A DNA stretch of 64,000 nt from Thermoplasmata archaeon (GTDB lineage: Archaea > Thermoplasmatota > Thermoplasmata > Lutacidiplasmatales > UBA184): contig JBKQMS010000019.1 in assembly GCA_052326485.1 (NCBI GenBank), positions 34-64,033 of the forward strand. The letters are read 5' to 3'. Below the pieces are notes generated by a model, which saw only the letters and a list, made by a program, of their open reading frames with translations, was not told the DNA's origin and made no database searches. Positions 1 through 9,766 of this stretch are shown one piece after another. How positions within the stretch are numbered: position 1 is the stretch's first letter; every line of letters starts with the position of its first letter. Both the position numbers and the translations under genes were made by a program.

Positions 1-131
1 CGATCGCCGTCGGCGGCAACACGCTCTACGGGGGCCGGAACCGCTGCCGGTTCCTATCGTGGATCACCATCGGGGAGGCGACGGTCGCCGTTGATGGGGC
101 GCCGCTCTGCGACCGCGGCAAGGTCCTATAG
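1..131 (+). CDS. C-terminal end of a probable aminopeptidase (M29/thermophilic metalloprotease-like), 5'-truncated by the window edge
   Basis: Frame from nt 3 reads IAVGGNTLYGGRNRCRFLSWITIGEATVAVDGAPLCDRGKVL* (TAG 129-131), resembling the M29-like C-terminus. Not in the ORF track. Confidence 0.55.
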   Translation, partial: IAVGGNTLYGGRNRCRFLSWITIGEATVAVDGAPLCDRGKVL

Positions 132-132
132 G

Positions 133-687
133 ATGGGGTCGGGCCTGCGGACGCGCCGCGCGTTCTTCGACCGTCCGGCGGACCAGCTCGCGCGCGACCT
201 CCTCGGGGCGACGATCGTGGTCCGGTCGGGTCGTGTTTCGCGATCCGCGCGTATCGTCGAGACAGAGGCATACGTCCGCAGCGACCCGGCGAGTCACGCG
301 TATCGTGGGCCGACCCCCCGCAACCGCTCGATGTTCTCGGCGCCCGGAACGCTCTACGTCTACCGGATTCACCAGGTAGTGTGCGCGAACTTGGTCGCAC
401 GCCGTGGGGAAGCGGTGCTCTTGCGTGCCGGCGCAGCGGACCCTTCCCTCCCGGGCCTGGCTTCAGGTCCCGGCCGTCTGTGCCGTTTCCTCGGCATCAC
501 GTGGAAGGACGATGGAACGGACACGGTCGACGAGAAGGGCCGGATTGTAGTTCGACAACCACGCGAACGCGGCGGGCGTGTCCAGATAGGACCCCGAGTG
601 GGGATCGGGAGGGCCGTCGGCCGTCCCCTACGGTTCGTGCTCGTCGGTGAACCCGCCGTCTCGCGGCGTCGACTGCGCGTACCCTGA
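133..687 (+). CDS. mpg: 3-methyladenine DNA glycosylase (MPG/AAG family)
   Basis: FFDRPADQLARDLLG, RIVETEAY, DPASHAY, GPGRLC and GPRVGI motifs; ATG at 133 follows the upstream stop. Confidence 0.9.
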   Translation: MGSGLRTRRAFFDRPADQLARDLLGATIVVRSGRVSRSARIVETEAYVRSDPASHAYRGPTPRNRSMFSAPGTLYVYRIHQVVCANLVARRGEAVLLRAGAADPSLPGLASGPGRLCRFLGITWKDDGTDTVDEKGRIVVRQPRERGGRVQIGPRVGIGRAVGRPLRFVLVGEPAVSRRRLRVP

Positions 688-766
688 TCGCGGTCGCAGG
701 GGCGTTTCCTCACAACGCCTCAAATACGACCGAGCCGCCTTTTGCCGGTGCCTCCGGTGGACGGGT

Positions 767-1261
767 ATGACCGGGTCGTCGGCTCCGCGCGCACGAGTGG
801 TTCTGCTCGTGGCGACGGCGGTCGCCGTCGTGGCGATCCTCGCGCTATCAATCCTTCCGGGATATCTGACGGGGACCTCGAAGTGCCCCGCTCATCCGAC
901 TCTCGCGGGACGAATCTACTGTGCGGAGGTCGCAACCGTGACGTCGTCCGCCCCGTGCGATGGAGGCAGGGATTGTCCGGCGTGTCCGACGGCGGGTTTT
1001 GCTTTTGACGGGGTTGAATTCAACCTCACCTTACGGAACCTGACCTTCGCGTTCAGCATCAACGGATGTGTCACCGAGGCCAATTCAACGATGTATTTCG
1101 TCCAGATCTCCGTCCGCCCTCTCGGACCCCCACCGTTGAACTGGACCTCGCCGGACCTGGTGATTCTCATCGAGTGGCCGAGCCCGTTCGTGACCGTCGG
1201 AAGCGACGGTCGGCTGACCGCGAACGTGATGTGCGGGGTGGCTCAGGCAGCGGCCACGTGA
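767..1261 (+). CDS. Hypothetical exported/membrane-anchored Cys-containing protein
   Basis: N-terminal hydrophobic helix (VVLLVATAVAVVAILALSIL) followed by a beta-rich domain with several Cys and N-x-S/T sequons. Confidence 0.6.
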   Translation: MTGSSAPRARVVLLVATAVAVVAILALSILPGYLTGTSKCPAHPTLAGRIYCAEVATVTSSAPCDGGRDCPACPTAGFAFDGVEFNLTLRNLTFAFSINGCVTEANSTMYFVQISVRPLGPPPLNWTSPDLVILIEWPSPFVTVGSDGRLTANVMCGVAQAAAT

Positions 1262-1305
1262 TGGTAGGGTTGCCGCGACCTCCGCGGCCGTATCCCGCGG
1301 CCTAC

Positions 1306-1467
1306 CTACTTCAGCTTCTTCCAGTCGTAGCCGCGGCGTCGCGCCGTATTCCCGAACCCGCAGGAGGAGCAGACGTTCTTCTGACGGTGGTAGGAGTGAC
1401 GGCCGCAGCGACGGCAGATGATGTGGACGATCTTTCCTCCGCGGCGGGACGGTGTTCCTTTGGTCAT
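1306..1467 (-). CDS. rpl37e: 50S ribosomal protein L37e
   Basis: Manual translation MTKGTPSRRGGKIVHIICRRCGRHSYHRQKNVCSSCGFGNTARRRGYDWKKLK*; classic Lsm-L37e pair. Below the ORF-track cutoff. Confidence 0.95.
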   Translation of the reverse strand: MTKGTPSRRGGKIVHIICRRCGRHSYHRQKNVCSSCGFGNTARRRGYDWKKLK

Positions 1468-1478
1468 GGTTCCTCCTC

Positions 1479-1691
1479 TTACGGCGAAATGTAGATGATC
1501 GAATCGCCGCGCACCAGGGTGAGACCTGAGCGCGGCGTCACCTGGTCCTTCACGACCTCCTCGGCGGAGGAGAGGACGAGGTTCAGGTGCTGGTCGAACG
1601 CATCGAGCGTTCCCCGGAACGAGCGTCCGCCCTTGAGCTCCACAAGCACCCGCTTGTGCAGGCTTTGCTGCAGGGCATCGAGCGGCTTCAT
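1479..1691 (-). CDS. lsm: Sm/Lsm RNA-binding protein (SmAP1)
   Basis: MKPLDAL...VLVELKGGRSFRGTLDAFDQHLNLVL (Sm1) and LVRGDSIIYISP (Sm2). Confidence 0.95.
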   Translation of the reverse strand: MKPLDALQQSLHKRVLVELKGGRSFRGTLDAFDQHLNLVLSSAEEVVKDQVTPRSGLTLVRGDSIIYISP

Positions 1692-1723
1692 GGCGAGGGA
1701 GCGGAGCAGACCGGGTGGGCTTC

Positions 1724-2446
1724 TTAACGGTTGGGGCCGACGTTCGTACGGCGCCCGTCCCGCGTCGACAGGCGGAGGAGGGAGACGAGCGCGAGCCCCT
1801 CGGTCTTGGACGCTGGAGCCGGGTCCGCCTCGGCGACGAGCGCCCGAAGGGTGAGCACGGGACCGGGCGGTCCCGAACGGGCGCGGAGGATCCGGAACCG
1901 ATCGGGGAGCGCCATCGGGAACAGCTCCTCGAAGTACCGTTGCTCGAAGGCGCCGACGGCCTCGTGCCGGCCGACGAGGGTGGTCGGGTGGTGCGTCGCG
2001 TCGGCCCGAGCGTGGCGGGCGCGTTCCCTCGCCGTCGTCTCCAGGTAAACGGTGAGGTCCGGGAGCCCGAGGGCCCTTCTCCGAACGAGCGACCGCGTGC
2101 TCCGCTCGACCGCGCGTCCCACCGACGCGGGCGCCCGTCCGAGGCTGACGAGCCCGTGGGTGTACAACAGGGGTCCCAGGAACCCGGTGTCGGCGAGCAC
2201 CGTGCGGCCCTGTGCGCAGAGGGCGCGCGCCTCCCGGTAGCGGCGCACCTCCTCGGAGAGGAGGGCCGCTTCGAGGAGGAGGAGCTCGCGGGGGGAACCG
2301 TACTCGAGTGACGGAGCCGGGTCGAGGCGGTCGAACGCTTCCATCAGCGGCTGCCACCCCAGCTCCGAGGCCGCGGCCCGGACGAGGGTGGTCTTCCCGG
2401 CCGCAGAGCGACCCTCGATCGCGATCAACCGACCCCGGCGCGCCAT
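1724..2446 (-). CDS. P-loop kinase, thymidylate/deoxynucleoside kinase-like
   Basis: LIAIEGRSAAGKTT Walker A, VLADTG in place of DR, PDLTVYL motif. Confidence 0.7.
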   Translation of the reverse strand: MARRGRLIAIEGRSAAGKTTLVRAAASELGWQPLMEAFDRLDPAPSLEYGSPRELLLLEAALLSEEVRRYREARALCAQGRTVLADTGFLGPLLYTHGLVSLGRAPASVGRAVERSTRSLVRRRALGLPDLTVYLETTARERARHARADATHHPTTLVGRHEAVGAFEQRYFEELFPMALPDRFRILRARSGPPGPVLTLRALVAEADPAPASKTEGLALVSLLRLSTRDGRRTNVGPNR

Positions 2447-2538
2447 CGGATCTCCCATCGCGCCATTCCCTCGCTCACGGAAAACCGTGCCGTCGGCTTC
2501 AGCGCGCCTTTTTCTCGCCTCGGCCCATCCCGACGGAG

Positions 2539-3834
2539 GTGTCCGGACCTTCCCCGCCCCCCCCGACGCGGCCCCGCCACCCGGCCCGGGTCCTCGAGGT
2601 GGAGACCCTCGCCGACATCGCCCGAGAGCTCGAGCGGACGGAGAGCGACCCCGAGGGGGTCGCAATCATGACGCGGAAGGGTCGGATCTACCCGGTCCGC
2701 CTCGAGAACGTGTCGCTCAAGGCGGCCCCCCTCCTGAAGCAGGAGACCCTGTCCGTCGGGGCGGACTCGGCCCACGCACGGGGGATCGCCGACCACTCCG
2801 TCGCGACGACCTCGGTCGTTCTCCTCGCCACGTGGGGGCAGTACCAGCGGCTCCTCCCGAAGCTGCGGCGCCAGCCGTTCCGCCTGGCGGAGGCGGCCCA
2901 GGAGATCGACCGCGCGCTCCGGGCCTATCTCACCCGCTCGCCCCGCACGATTCGTGGCCCTCACCGCTCGTTCGTGGTGGGGGACCGTCCGCGCGTCATG
3001 GGCGTGGTGAACGTGACCCCGGACTCGTTCTCGGACGGGGGGCTCCACCTCGCCCCCAAGGAGGCGGTCGCGCACGCGGAGCGGTTGGTCGCCGAGGGCG
3101 CGGAGATGATCGATGTCGGCGGCGAGTCGACCCGGCCGGGGGCGAAGCCGGTCTCCCCCGAGGCCGAGTGGGCGCGGGTCGCGCCCGTCCTCGCGGGGCT
3201 CGCGGGTCGCCTCTCGGTCCCGGTCTCGGTCGACACTCGCCACTCCGAGGTCGCGGAGCGAGCGGTCGACGCGGGAGCGGACCTCATCAACGATGTCGAG
3301 GGGCTCCGCTCCGAGGCGATGCGTCGCGCGGTCGCGAGGAGCGGGGCCGTCGTGATCGCGATGCACATGCGCGGGGACCCCACGACCATGCAGACGAACC
3401 TCACCTACACGGACCTGCGCGGGGAGGTCTTCGCCGCGCTCGCCGAGGCCACCGACCGCGCGGTCGAGGAGGGGGTTCCCGCCGAGAGGATCCTGGTCGA
3501 CCCCGGGCTCGGTTTCGGCAAGTCGGCCGAGCAGTCGCTCGAGCTCCTGCTCCACGTGGGCGAGCTCAGGAGCCTCGGCTACCCCATCGTCCTCGGGGCA
3601 TCCCGGAAGTCATTCCTCGGGTGGGTGCTCGGGAACGAGGACCCCGCACGCCGACTCGAGGCGGGGATCGCCGCCGCGGTCGTCGCGGCCGAGCGAGGGG
3701 TCGCGCTCGTCCGGACGCATGACGTGGGACCGACGGTGCGGGCCCTCGCGCTCGTCCGGGCCGCCCAAGGGCTCGCGAACGCCCCCCCGACGGTCCCACC
3801 CGAGCTCGACGCCTCCGACCCGGACCTACGCTGA
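2539..3834 (+). CDS. folP: Dihydropteroate synthase with N-terminal extension
   Basis: VMGVVNVTPDSFSDGG, IDVGGESTRPG, DPGLGFGK, GASRKSF, VRTHDV; GTG start approximate. Confidence 0.92.
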   Translation: MSGPSPPPPTRPRHPARVLEVETLADIARELERTESDPEGVAIMTRKGRIYPVRLENVSLKAAPLLKQETLSVGADSAHARGIADHSVATTSVVLLATWGQYQRLLPKLRRQPFRLAEAAQEIDRALRAYLTRSPRTIRGPHRSFVVGDRPRVMGVVNVTPDSFSDGGLHLAPKEAVAHAERLVAEGAEMIDVGGESTRPGAKPVSPEAEWARVAPVLAGLAGRLSVPVSVDTRHSEVAERAVDAGADLINDVEGLRSEAMRRAVARSGAVVIAMHMRGDPTTMQTNLTYTDLRGEVFAALAEATDRAVEEGVPAERILVDPGLGFGKSAEQSLELLLHVGELRSLGYPIVLGASRKSFLGWVLGNEDPARRLEAGIAAAVVAAERGVALVRTHDVGPTVRALALVRAAQGLANAPPTVPPELDASDPDLR

Positions 3835-3875
3835 GCCGATCAAACCGGACGAGCCCCGACCGGACCCGACTCTGC

Positions 3876-4061
3876 CTAACCCTGAGAGAGCGGGGTGCCG
3901 TCTTCCGCGACGTCGGTCTCGAAGACGAGCGACCCTTGGTAGTCACACTTCTGGCAATGGTAGACCTGGCCGAGGATCGACCCCGCGATGAGGGAGACGC
4001 GCATCGAGCCGCACTTCGGGCAGAGGAGGACGGTCTTACCCCGCTTGGGACGGTGACGCAT
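3876..4061 (-). CDS. Small zinc-ribbon protein
   Basis: CPKCGS...[10 protein letters not shown], 61 aa, overlapping the gyrA 3' end. Confidence 0.75.
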   Translation of the reverse strand: MRHRPKRGKTVLLCPKCGSMRVSLIAGSILGQVYHCQKCDYQGSLVFETDVAEDGTPLSQG

Positions 4062-6681
4062 CGTCGTCCTCCGTGTCGTCGTCGGAGTCGTCCTTCCCCG
4101 GCTTCTTGCGGGGCTCCTCGTTCTCGTCGTCGTCGGCCTCGTCGGCCGGAGGCTCGGGCGCCTCGGGGCCCGCCTTGGCCGCCCGCCCGGTCTTCTCACC
4201 GGACCCTTCACCGACGAGCCCTTCGATGGGAGGCTCGAGGATCACCGCGTCCCGTACGGTGTCGCCCTCGTCGAGGCGGATGACGCGGACGCCGAGGGTG
4301 TTGCGCGCCTGGGAGCGGATCCCCTTCACCGCCATCCGGATGGTGATCCCGTGCTGGGTGGTCACGAGCACCTCGCTCGCGTCGGTCGTCGGGAGGACGG
4401 CGACCACCGTGCCGTTCCGGCCCCCAGTCTTGATCGTGCGGACGCCCTTCGCGCCCCGCCGGGTCCGTCGGTAGTCCGCGGTCGGGCTCCGCTTCCCGTA
4501 ACCGGTGGTGGTCAGGGAGAGGAGCATCGGGAACCGCTCGCTCACGGGCGCCATCGCCACCACGCGGTCGTCCTTCCCCTGGGAGAGCCGGACCCCGATG
4601 ACCCCGTACGTCGCCCGGCCCATGGGGCGTAGCTCGGAGAGCAGGAACCGAACGAGCTGGCCGGCCTGCGTCGCGAGCACGATCTCGGTCGTCTCGCCGG
4701 TGACGAGGGAGACGTCGACGAGCTCGTCCCCCTCCTCGAGCAGGACCGCCTGGATCCCGTTCGTTCGGATGTTCTGGTACTGGTCGAGGGTCGTCCGCTT
4801 GACGAGGCCCTTGCGGGTCGCGAAGAGGAGCGAGCCCTCGCTCGTCAGGTCCCTCAGCGGGAGCAAGGTCTGGACCCGCTCCCCTTCCTTGAGCTTCGGG
4901 AGGAGGTTGATGACCGCCTTCCCCTTCGAGTGGCGGCTCCCCTCGGGGAGCTCGTACGCCTTCAGTTGGTAGACCCGACCTAGGTTCGTCAGGAACAGGA
5001 CGTCGCTGTGCGTCCGGGTGACGAACGTGCGGATGACGAAGTCCTCCTCCTTCGTCTCCATCTGGATCAGCCCCCGGCCGCCTCGGCGCTGGCGCCGGTA
5101 CTGGTCGAGCGGCAGGCGCTTCACGTACCCGTCCCGGGTGACGAGCACGACCACGTCCGTGTCGGGGATCAGGTCCTCGAGCGTGCGCTCCGTGAACGCG
5201 GGCACGATCCGCGTGCGGCGGGGGTCGCCGAACCGCTTCTTCAGGTCGGCAAGCTCGTCGGCGACCAGCTGGTCGAGGAGCTTCGGCGAGGCGAGGATCG
5301 CTTTGAGGTGTTTCGCGAGCGCCTCCTTCTCGGCCTTCTCCTTCTCGACGGCCTCGCGCTCGAGCGCGGTGAGACGCGCGAGCCGCATGTCGAGGATCGC
5401 CTTCGCCTGCTCGCTCGAGAGCAGGAACTTCCCCATCAGGTTCGTCTCGGCGACCTGGACGTCCTTCGACCGCCGGATGATCCGGATCACCTCGTCGATG
5501 TGGTCGATCGCAGTGAGGAACCCCTCGAGCAGGTGGAGCCGCTCCTCGGTCTTCCGAAGGTCGAACTTCGTGCGCCGGGTGAGGATCGTCCGACGGTGGT
5601 CCACGTGCAGCGCGAGCAGTTCGAGGAGAGGGAGGACCTTGGGGTGTCCCTCGACCAGGCAGAGATTGATCACGCCGAAGCTCGTCTCGAGCGGGGTGTG
5701 CTCGTAGAGCCGGTTGAGGACGATCTCGGCCGGAGCGTCGCGACGGAGCTCGAGCACGACGCTCGTCCCACGACGGTCGGACTCGTCCCGTAGGTCGGTG
5801 ATCCCGTCCATCCGCTTCCCCTTCACGAGGTCCGCGATCAGCTCGAGGAGGGCGGCCTTGTTCACCTCGTACGGGGTCTCGGTGATGACGATCTCGTCCT
5901 TCCCTCCGCGCTCCCGGATCTCCGCAGAGCCGCGCAGGTGGATCATTCCGCGCCCGGTCTCGTACGCCTCCCGGATCCCCTCGGTCGAGACGTAGCCGCC
6001 CGTCGGGAAGTCCGGTCCGGGAAGGACCTTCATCACGTCGTCCAGCGACGCGTTGGGGTGCGCGAGGAGGAGGAGGAGCGCGTCCGCGACCTCGCCCAGG
6101 TTGTGCGGGGGCATGTTGGTCGCCATGCCGACCGCGATCCCGGCGGAGCCGTTGACGAGCAGGTTCGGGACCTTCGACGGCAGCAGGAGTGGTTCCTTGA
6201 GGGTGCCATCGAAGTTGTCGATCCATTCGACCGTCTCCTTCTCGATGTCGAGGAGCAGCTCCTCCGCGATCGCCGAGAGCCGGGCCTCGGTGTACCGCAT
6301 CGCCGCCGGAGAGTCACCGTCGATCGAGCCGAAGTTCCCCTGCCCATCGATGAGCGGATACCGCAGGCTGAACGACTGCGCCATCCGGACGAGGGCGTCG
6401 TAGACCGCCATGTCCCCGTGCGGGTGGTACTTGCCGAGCACGTCCCCGACGGTGCGGGCGGACTTGCGGAACGCCCGGTCGTGGGTCGCCCCCGACTCCC
6501 ACATCGACCAGAGGATCCGTCGGTGGACCGGCTTGAGGCCATCCCCGGCCAGGGGCAGTGCCCGGCCGACGATGACGCTCATCGCGTAATCGATGTAGGA
6601 ATGATGCATCTCCTGCTCGAGCACCCGGTCGTGGATCCGGTCGACCGGGGGCTCGGGGACCGTGGACGGAGGTGTGCTCAT
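4036..6681 (-). CDS. gyrA: DNA gyrase subunit A
   Basis: [40 protein letters not shown] catalytic Tyr, GyrA-box QRRGGRG, pinwheel repeats and acidic tail. Confidence 0.97.
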   Translation of the reverse strand: MSTPPSTVPEPPVDRIHDRVLEQEMHHSYIDYAMSVIVGRALPLAGDGLKPVHRRILWSMWESGATHDRAFRKSARTVGDVLGKYHPHGDMAVYDALVRMAQSFSLRYPLIDGQGNFGSIDGDSPAAMRYTEARLSAIAEELLLDIEKETVEWIDNFDGTLKEPLLLPSKVPNLLVNGSAGIAVGMATNMPPHNLGEVADALLLLLAHPNASLDDVMKVLPGPDFPTGGYVSTEGIREAYETGRGMIHLRGSAEIRERGGKDEIVITETPYEVNKAALLELIADLVKGKRMDGITDLRDESDRRGTSVVLELRRDAPAEIVLNRLYEHTPLETSFGVINLCLVEGHPKVLPLLELLALHVDHRRTILTRRTKFDLRKTEERLHLLEGFLTAIDHIDEVIRIIRRSKDVQVAETNLMGKFLLSSEQAKAILDMRLARLTALEREAVEKEKAEKEALAKHLKAILASPKLLDQLVADELADLKKRFGDPRRTRIVPAFTERTLEDLIPDTDVVVLVTRDGYVKRLPLDQYRRQRRGGRGLIQMETKEEDFVIRTFVTRTHSDVLFLTNLGRVYQLKAYELPEGSRHSKGKAVINLLPKLKEGERVQTLLPLRDLTSEGSLLFATRKGLVKRTTLDQYQNIRTNGIQAVLLEEGDELVDVSLVTGETTEIVLATQAGQLVRFLLSELRPMGRATYGVIGVRLSQGKDDRVVAMAPVSERFPMLLSLTTTGYGKRSPTADYRRTRRGAKGVRTIKTGGRNGTVVAVLPTTDASEVLVTTQHGITIRMAVKGIRSQARNTLGVRVIRLDEGDTVRDAVILEPPIEGLVGEGSGEKTGRAAKAGPEAPEPPADEADDDENEEPRKKPGKDDSDDDTEDDDASPSQAG

Positions 6682-8075
6682 GGGACGGTCCCTTCGGTCG
6701 GGCCGAGCTGTTCGGCCAGGACTTGGTCCGCCACCTCGAGGAACTTAGGACGGGTGCCGGGGGGGATCGTCGCGCCGCTCGCGACGCGATGGCCTCCTCC
6801 CTCGCCTCCCACCGCGGCGGCCGCGATGCGGCAGGCCGCGGAGAGGTCGAGCCCCCGGTCGACCTGGCGAAGGGTCCCGCGCGCGCTGAGGTTGATCGGG
6901 CCCGCCCCGACGTCCGAGAAGACGAAGACGGGGTGGTCGGGCGGGAGCAGATAGTTCATCGCGAGGCCGGCCTGAGTGCCCGCGAGGGTGGTCTCGGGGC
7001 TCTCGAACCACCGAAGGAATCGCATCGAGTTAACGCCGTCGTTCTCGACCCGGAGGAGCCCCCGGAGGATGCCCGTGCGCCATTCGCCCTCCGCCGTCCG
7101 GACGCGCTCGGCGGACCGCGGGTCCCCGAGCGCGTAGGCGACCCCGACCCCGGGCACGCCCGCGCGTCCCGCGGCGTTCTGGAGGTTCGAGAGCTCCTCG
7201 GCATCGAGGCCGAGGGATGGCAGGAACCAACGGTCCTGGTCGAGGACGTCCGCGGACTCCCGGACCACCCCGCTCGCGGCGAGCCGCTCCTTGAGGGCTG
7301 CGACCAGCCTACGGTTCTCCGCCTCGGTCAGCTTCGCCGGGCGTCGACCGGGGTCGAGACCGAGGCCGTGGAGGAACGGGTCGACCGCCTCGGGACGCCC
7401 CGAGAGGCCCCGTACGAACGGGTCGATGCTTCCCGCGAGCGCCTCGCCGATGGTCGGGCCGAAGAGAGCGACCCCCGGCCGCCGAACGACGAGCGAGCGG
7501 CGGACCGCTTCCTCGACGAGAAGGGCGTTGAGGCCCCGGAACCCGCCGACGTGCTGCCGGTCGGCGATCGCGCCCGAGAGGCCCCAGGGGGCGTTGTCCC
7601 AGTTGACGGGGTCTAGGAAGACGGTGAAGAGCCAGGTGAGGGTGGCGGCGCAGAGCTCGGTCATCCCGTCCACCCCCCAGTCGAGGGGATTGACGAACGC
7701 GACGTGGGGGGGGAGCGCGGGCGGGTTGGGAACGCCCGGATACTTGTGGTGGTCGAGCACCACGACGGGAGCGCGGTGCCCGGAGAAGAGGTCGAGCCAG
7801 GTCGCCCCGGTATCGACCACCAGGACCGGCCCCGTCGTCGCGTTCAAGAGGGTGGCGACGAGCTCCCGTTCGACCCCGACGAGCGGGGTAGCCTGGGCCG
7901 GGTAGCCCAGACGGTGAAACGCCCGGAGGGCGCTCGACGCGCTCGCGATCCCGTCCCCGTCGTAGTGATAGATGATGCGCCAGCGCCGGGGGTGGGCGAG
8001 AAGCAGGGCGCGGGCGCGTTCGAACTCCTGGGTATAGTGTGGGTCGGAAACGAATCCGTCCGGGCCCGAGGGCAT
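6678..8075 (-). CDS. DHH-family phosphoesterase / archaeal RecJ-like (GAN/Cdc45-related) nuclease
   Basis: HYDGDG, VVDTG, LDHH and [10 protein letters not shown] (DHHA1); conserved position downstream of rps15, start overlapping its stop. Confidence 0.88.
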   Translation of the reverse strand: MPSGPDGFVSDPHYTQEFERARALLLAHPRRWRIIYHYDGDGIASASSALRAFHRLGYPAQATPLVGVERELVATLLNATTGPVLVVDTGATWLDLFSGHRAPVVVLDHHKYPGVPNPPALPPHVAFVNPLDWGVDGMTELCAATLTWLFTVFLDPVNWDNAPWGLSGAIADRQHVGGFRGLNALLVEEAVRRSLVVRRPGVALFGPTIGEALAGSIDPFVRGLSGRPEAVDPFLHGLGLDPGRRPAKLTEAENRRLVAALKERLAASGVVRESADVLDQDRWFLPSLGLDAEELSNLQNAAGRAGVPGVGVAYALGDPRSAERVRTAEGEWRTGILRGLLRVENDGVNSMRFLRWFESPETTLAGTQAGLAMNYLLPPDHPVFVFSDVGAGPINLSARGTLRQVDRGLDLSAACRIAAAAVGGEGGGHRVASGATIPPGTRPKFLEVADQVLAEQLGPTEGTVP

Positions 8076-8530
8076 CACTCCACCTGGAGCGCCGCCGTGG
8101 TGGCCGTGTAGCGCCACGTTTCGGGAATCCGCTTGCGTTGCCGGTAGTACCGGGCGAGGCGGCGGATCCGGGACTCCATCAACGTGAGGCTACGGCGGTT
8201 CGAGAGGTCCTTCGGATGGGTCTCGAGGTGCCGCTGCAGGTGGACGACCCTCTTCAGCAGCGCCTGGAGGTCGTCCGGGATCTCCGGCGAGATGCCCTTC
8301 TCGCGGAGCAGCGTGCCGAGCCGCTTTCCCGTCACCGCCCGCGCGGACGGGATTCCCTCGGTGTCCCGGAGGTGCAACCCTACCTGAGCGGAGGAGAGTC
8401 CCGTCTTCGAAAGCTGGACGGCCTGCGCGACCAGCTCCTCCTGCGTTGTGGTGACCCACTCGGGCTTCGTGAGGGGATAGGGCCGGTGGGAACCGGCGCG
8501 TCCCTTGTGCCCGGAGTGGATCCGCGACAT
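8075..8530 (-). CDS. rps15: 30S ribosomal protein S15P/S13e (uS15)
   Basis: MSRIHSGHKGRAGSHRP, IPDDLQALLKR, ESRIRRLARYY, WRY. Confidence 0.97.
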   Translation of the reverse strand: MSRIHSGHKGRAGSHRPYPLTKPEWVTTTQEELVAQAVQLSKTGLSSAQVGLHLRDTEGIPSARAVTGKRLGTLLREKGISPEIPDDLQALLKRVVHLQRHLETHPKDLSNRRSLTLMESRIRRLARYYRQRKRIPETWRYTATTAALQVE

Positions 8531-8554
8531 GGATTCGCGCTCACACTCGTCCGC

Positions 8555-8561
8555 TATTTAA
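8555..8561 (-). promoter_or_regulatory. TATA-box-like element for rps15
   Basis: TTAAATA on the minus strand ~25 nt upstream of the ATG in GC-rich DNA. Confidence 0.6.
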
Positions 8562-8611
8562 CGGCTGGCGCGCTCGGCGGTTCCCCCGAGGGGGAAACGG
8601 TCGTTCCCCCG

Positions 8612-8956
8612 TCAGCGAATGCGGTCCGATTGCTGGGAAGTGTCGATCAGGAACCGCTTCCCTTCGGTCGTGATCCGGTACGAGGCAGGAGTCGGGGTCC
8701 GGGAGCGGGCGGAGGCGGGGGGTCCGGCCTGGGCCTCGACCATCCCATTGCGGACGAGGAGGCCGAGCGCGAGCGGGATCTTGACGTGGTCGTGCTTGAT
8801 CGCCCAGAAGTCGGAGAGGAGCCGTTCGATCTCCCGAAGCTCGAGCGTCTGACGGCGTTCCTGGCCTTCGTGGATCGACTCGACCCGGTTGAGCTGCTGG
8901 AGGATCGCGACCAGCGTCGCGTGGACGGGGTCGCGTTGGTCGTCGTCGGGCGACAT
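8612..8956 (-). CDS. Hypothetical winged-helix-like protein (paralog A)
   Basis: LVAILQQLNRVE...LGLLVRNGMVE...YRITTEGKRFL, a wHTH wing-like ending. Confidence 0.7.
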   Translation of the reverse strand: MSPDDDQRDPVHATLVAILQQLNRVESIHEGQERRQTLELREIERLLSDFWAIKHDHVKIPLALGLLVRNGMVEAQAGPPASARSRTPTPASYRITTEGKRFLIDTSQQSDRIR

Positions 8957-9016
8957 CCCGTCGAAGATTACGCGGGCCGCCCCTACTTAAAGTGAGACGG
9001 TCCGTCCGACCGGGAG

Positions 9017-9355
9017 CTAATCGATGCGGCCGGTCCGTCGCAGACGGGAGACCAGGTAGGCCTTCCCCTGGGAGGTGATCGTGAACCGGGTCATGACGAC
9101 CCGACCCCGCTCCCAGGAGTACAGGGGGGTGTCGAGGCAGCGGGCGTAGCCGTTCCCCACGAGGACGGTGACGGCCCGCTCGACGTCGGGGGCACTGACG
9201 CGTGGGAGCGGTCCCCGACCGAGCAGGTGGTGGAGCTCATCGACCTCGAGACCCGTGTCGGCCCCGGCCTCCATCTCGGAACGGTTGAGTTGCTTCAGGA
9301 CCTCGACGAGCTCGTCCTGGAGGTCGAGCGCCGACTCGAGCGGGGAGAGCGCCAT
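9017..9355 (-). CDS. Hypothetical winged-helix-like protein (paralog B)
   Basis: LVEVLKQLNRSE...VTVLVGNGYAR...FTITSQGKAYL; similar to the adjacent ORF. Confidence 0.7.
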   Translation of the reverse strand: MALSPLESALDLQDELVEVLKQLNRSEMEAGADTGLEVDELHHLLGRGPLPRVSAPDVERAVTVLVGNGYARCLDTPLYSWERGRVVMTRFTITSQGKAYLVSRLRRTGRID

Positions 9356-9446
9356 CGGCGCGAAGATTCCTACGACGGGCATTTGAACGTATCCTTCGAG
9401 CGGGCCGGCGGTCTTTTAGGCGAGTTCGACAGGTACCCTTGCGCAC

Positions 9447-9755
9447 ATGGGATGCACCTGCCGCAACCCGGCTCGCTGTCCGATCTGCAACACGCCCGTC
9501 CGCGTCCCGCTGACGAACCTCGAGAGCGCCGCCGGCGCCGCGATCCTGGTAGAGAAGTTCGCGCGCCGGGACACCTCCTCCTCGCGGGAGGGGCTCCGCA
9601 GTTTGATCCAGGGCTGGGCGAGCTGCCCGTCCTGCGGGCACACGATCAACTTTGAGCACTCCCGTCAGTGCTTCGGAGGCGCGTTGAGCACGGCGGGGGT
9701 ACCGATGGCCGAGCGCGAGGCGATCCTCTCCAAGATCACGTTCCCCGAGGGCTGA
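9447..9755 (+). CDS. Hypothetical Cys-rich (zinc-binding) protein
   Basis: CTC..CPIC and CPSC motifs; ends 11 nt before trpS. Confidence 0.65.
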   Translation: MGCTCRNPARCPICNTPVRVPLTNLESAAGAAILVEKFARRDTSSSREGLRSLIQGWASCPSCGHTINFEHSRQCFGGALSTAGVPMAEREAILSKITFPEG

Positions 9756-9766
9756 CCGAGAGGCGC

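Noticed and set aside
8581-8596. Short hairpin TTCCCC-CGAG-GGGGAA as a repeated element
   Set aside because: Only a 6-bp stem and no convincing family of copies in the window.
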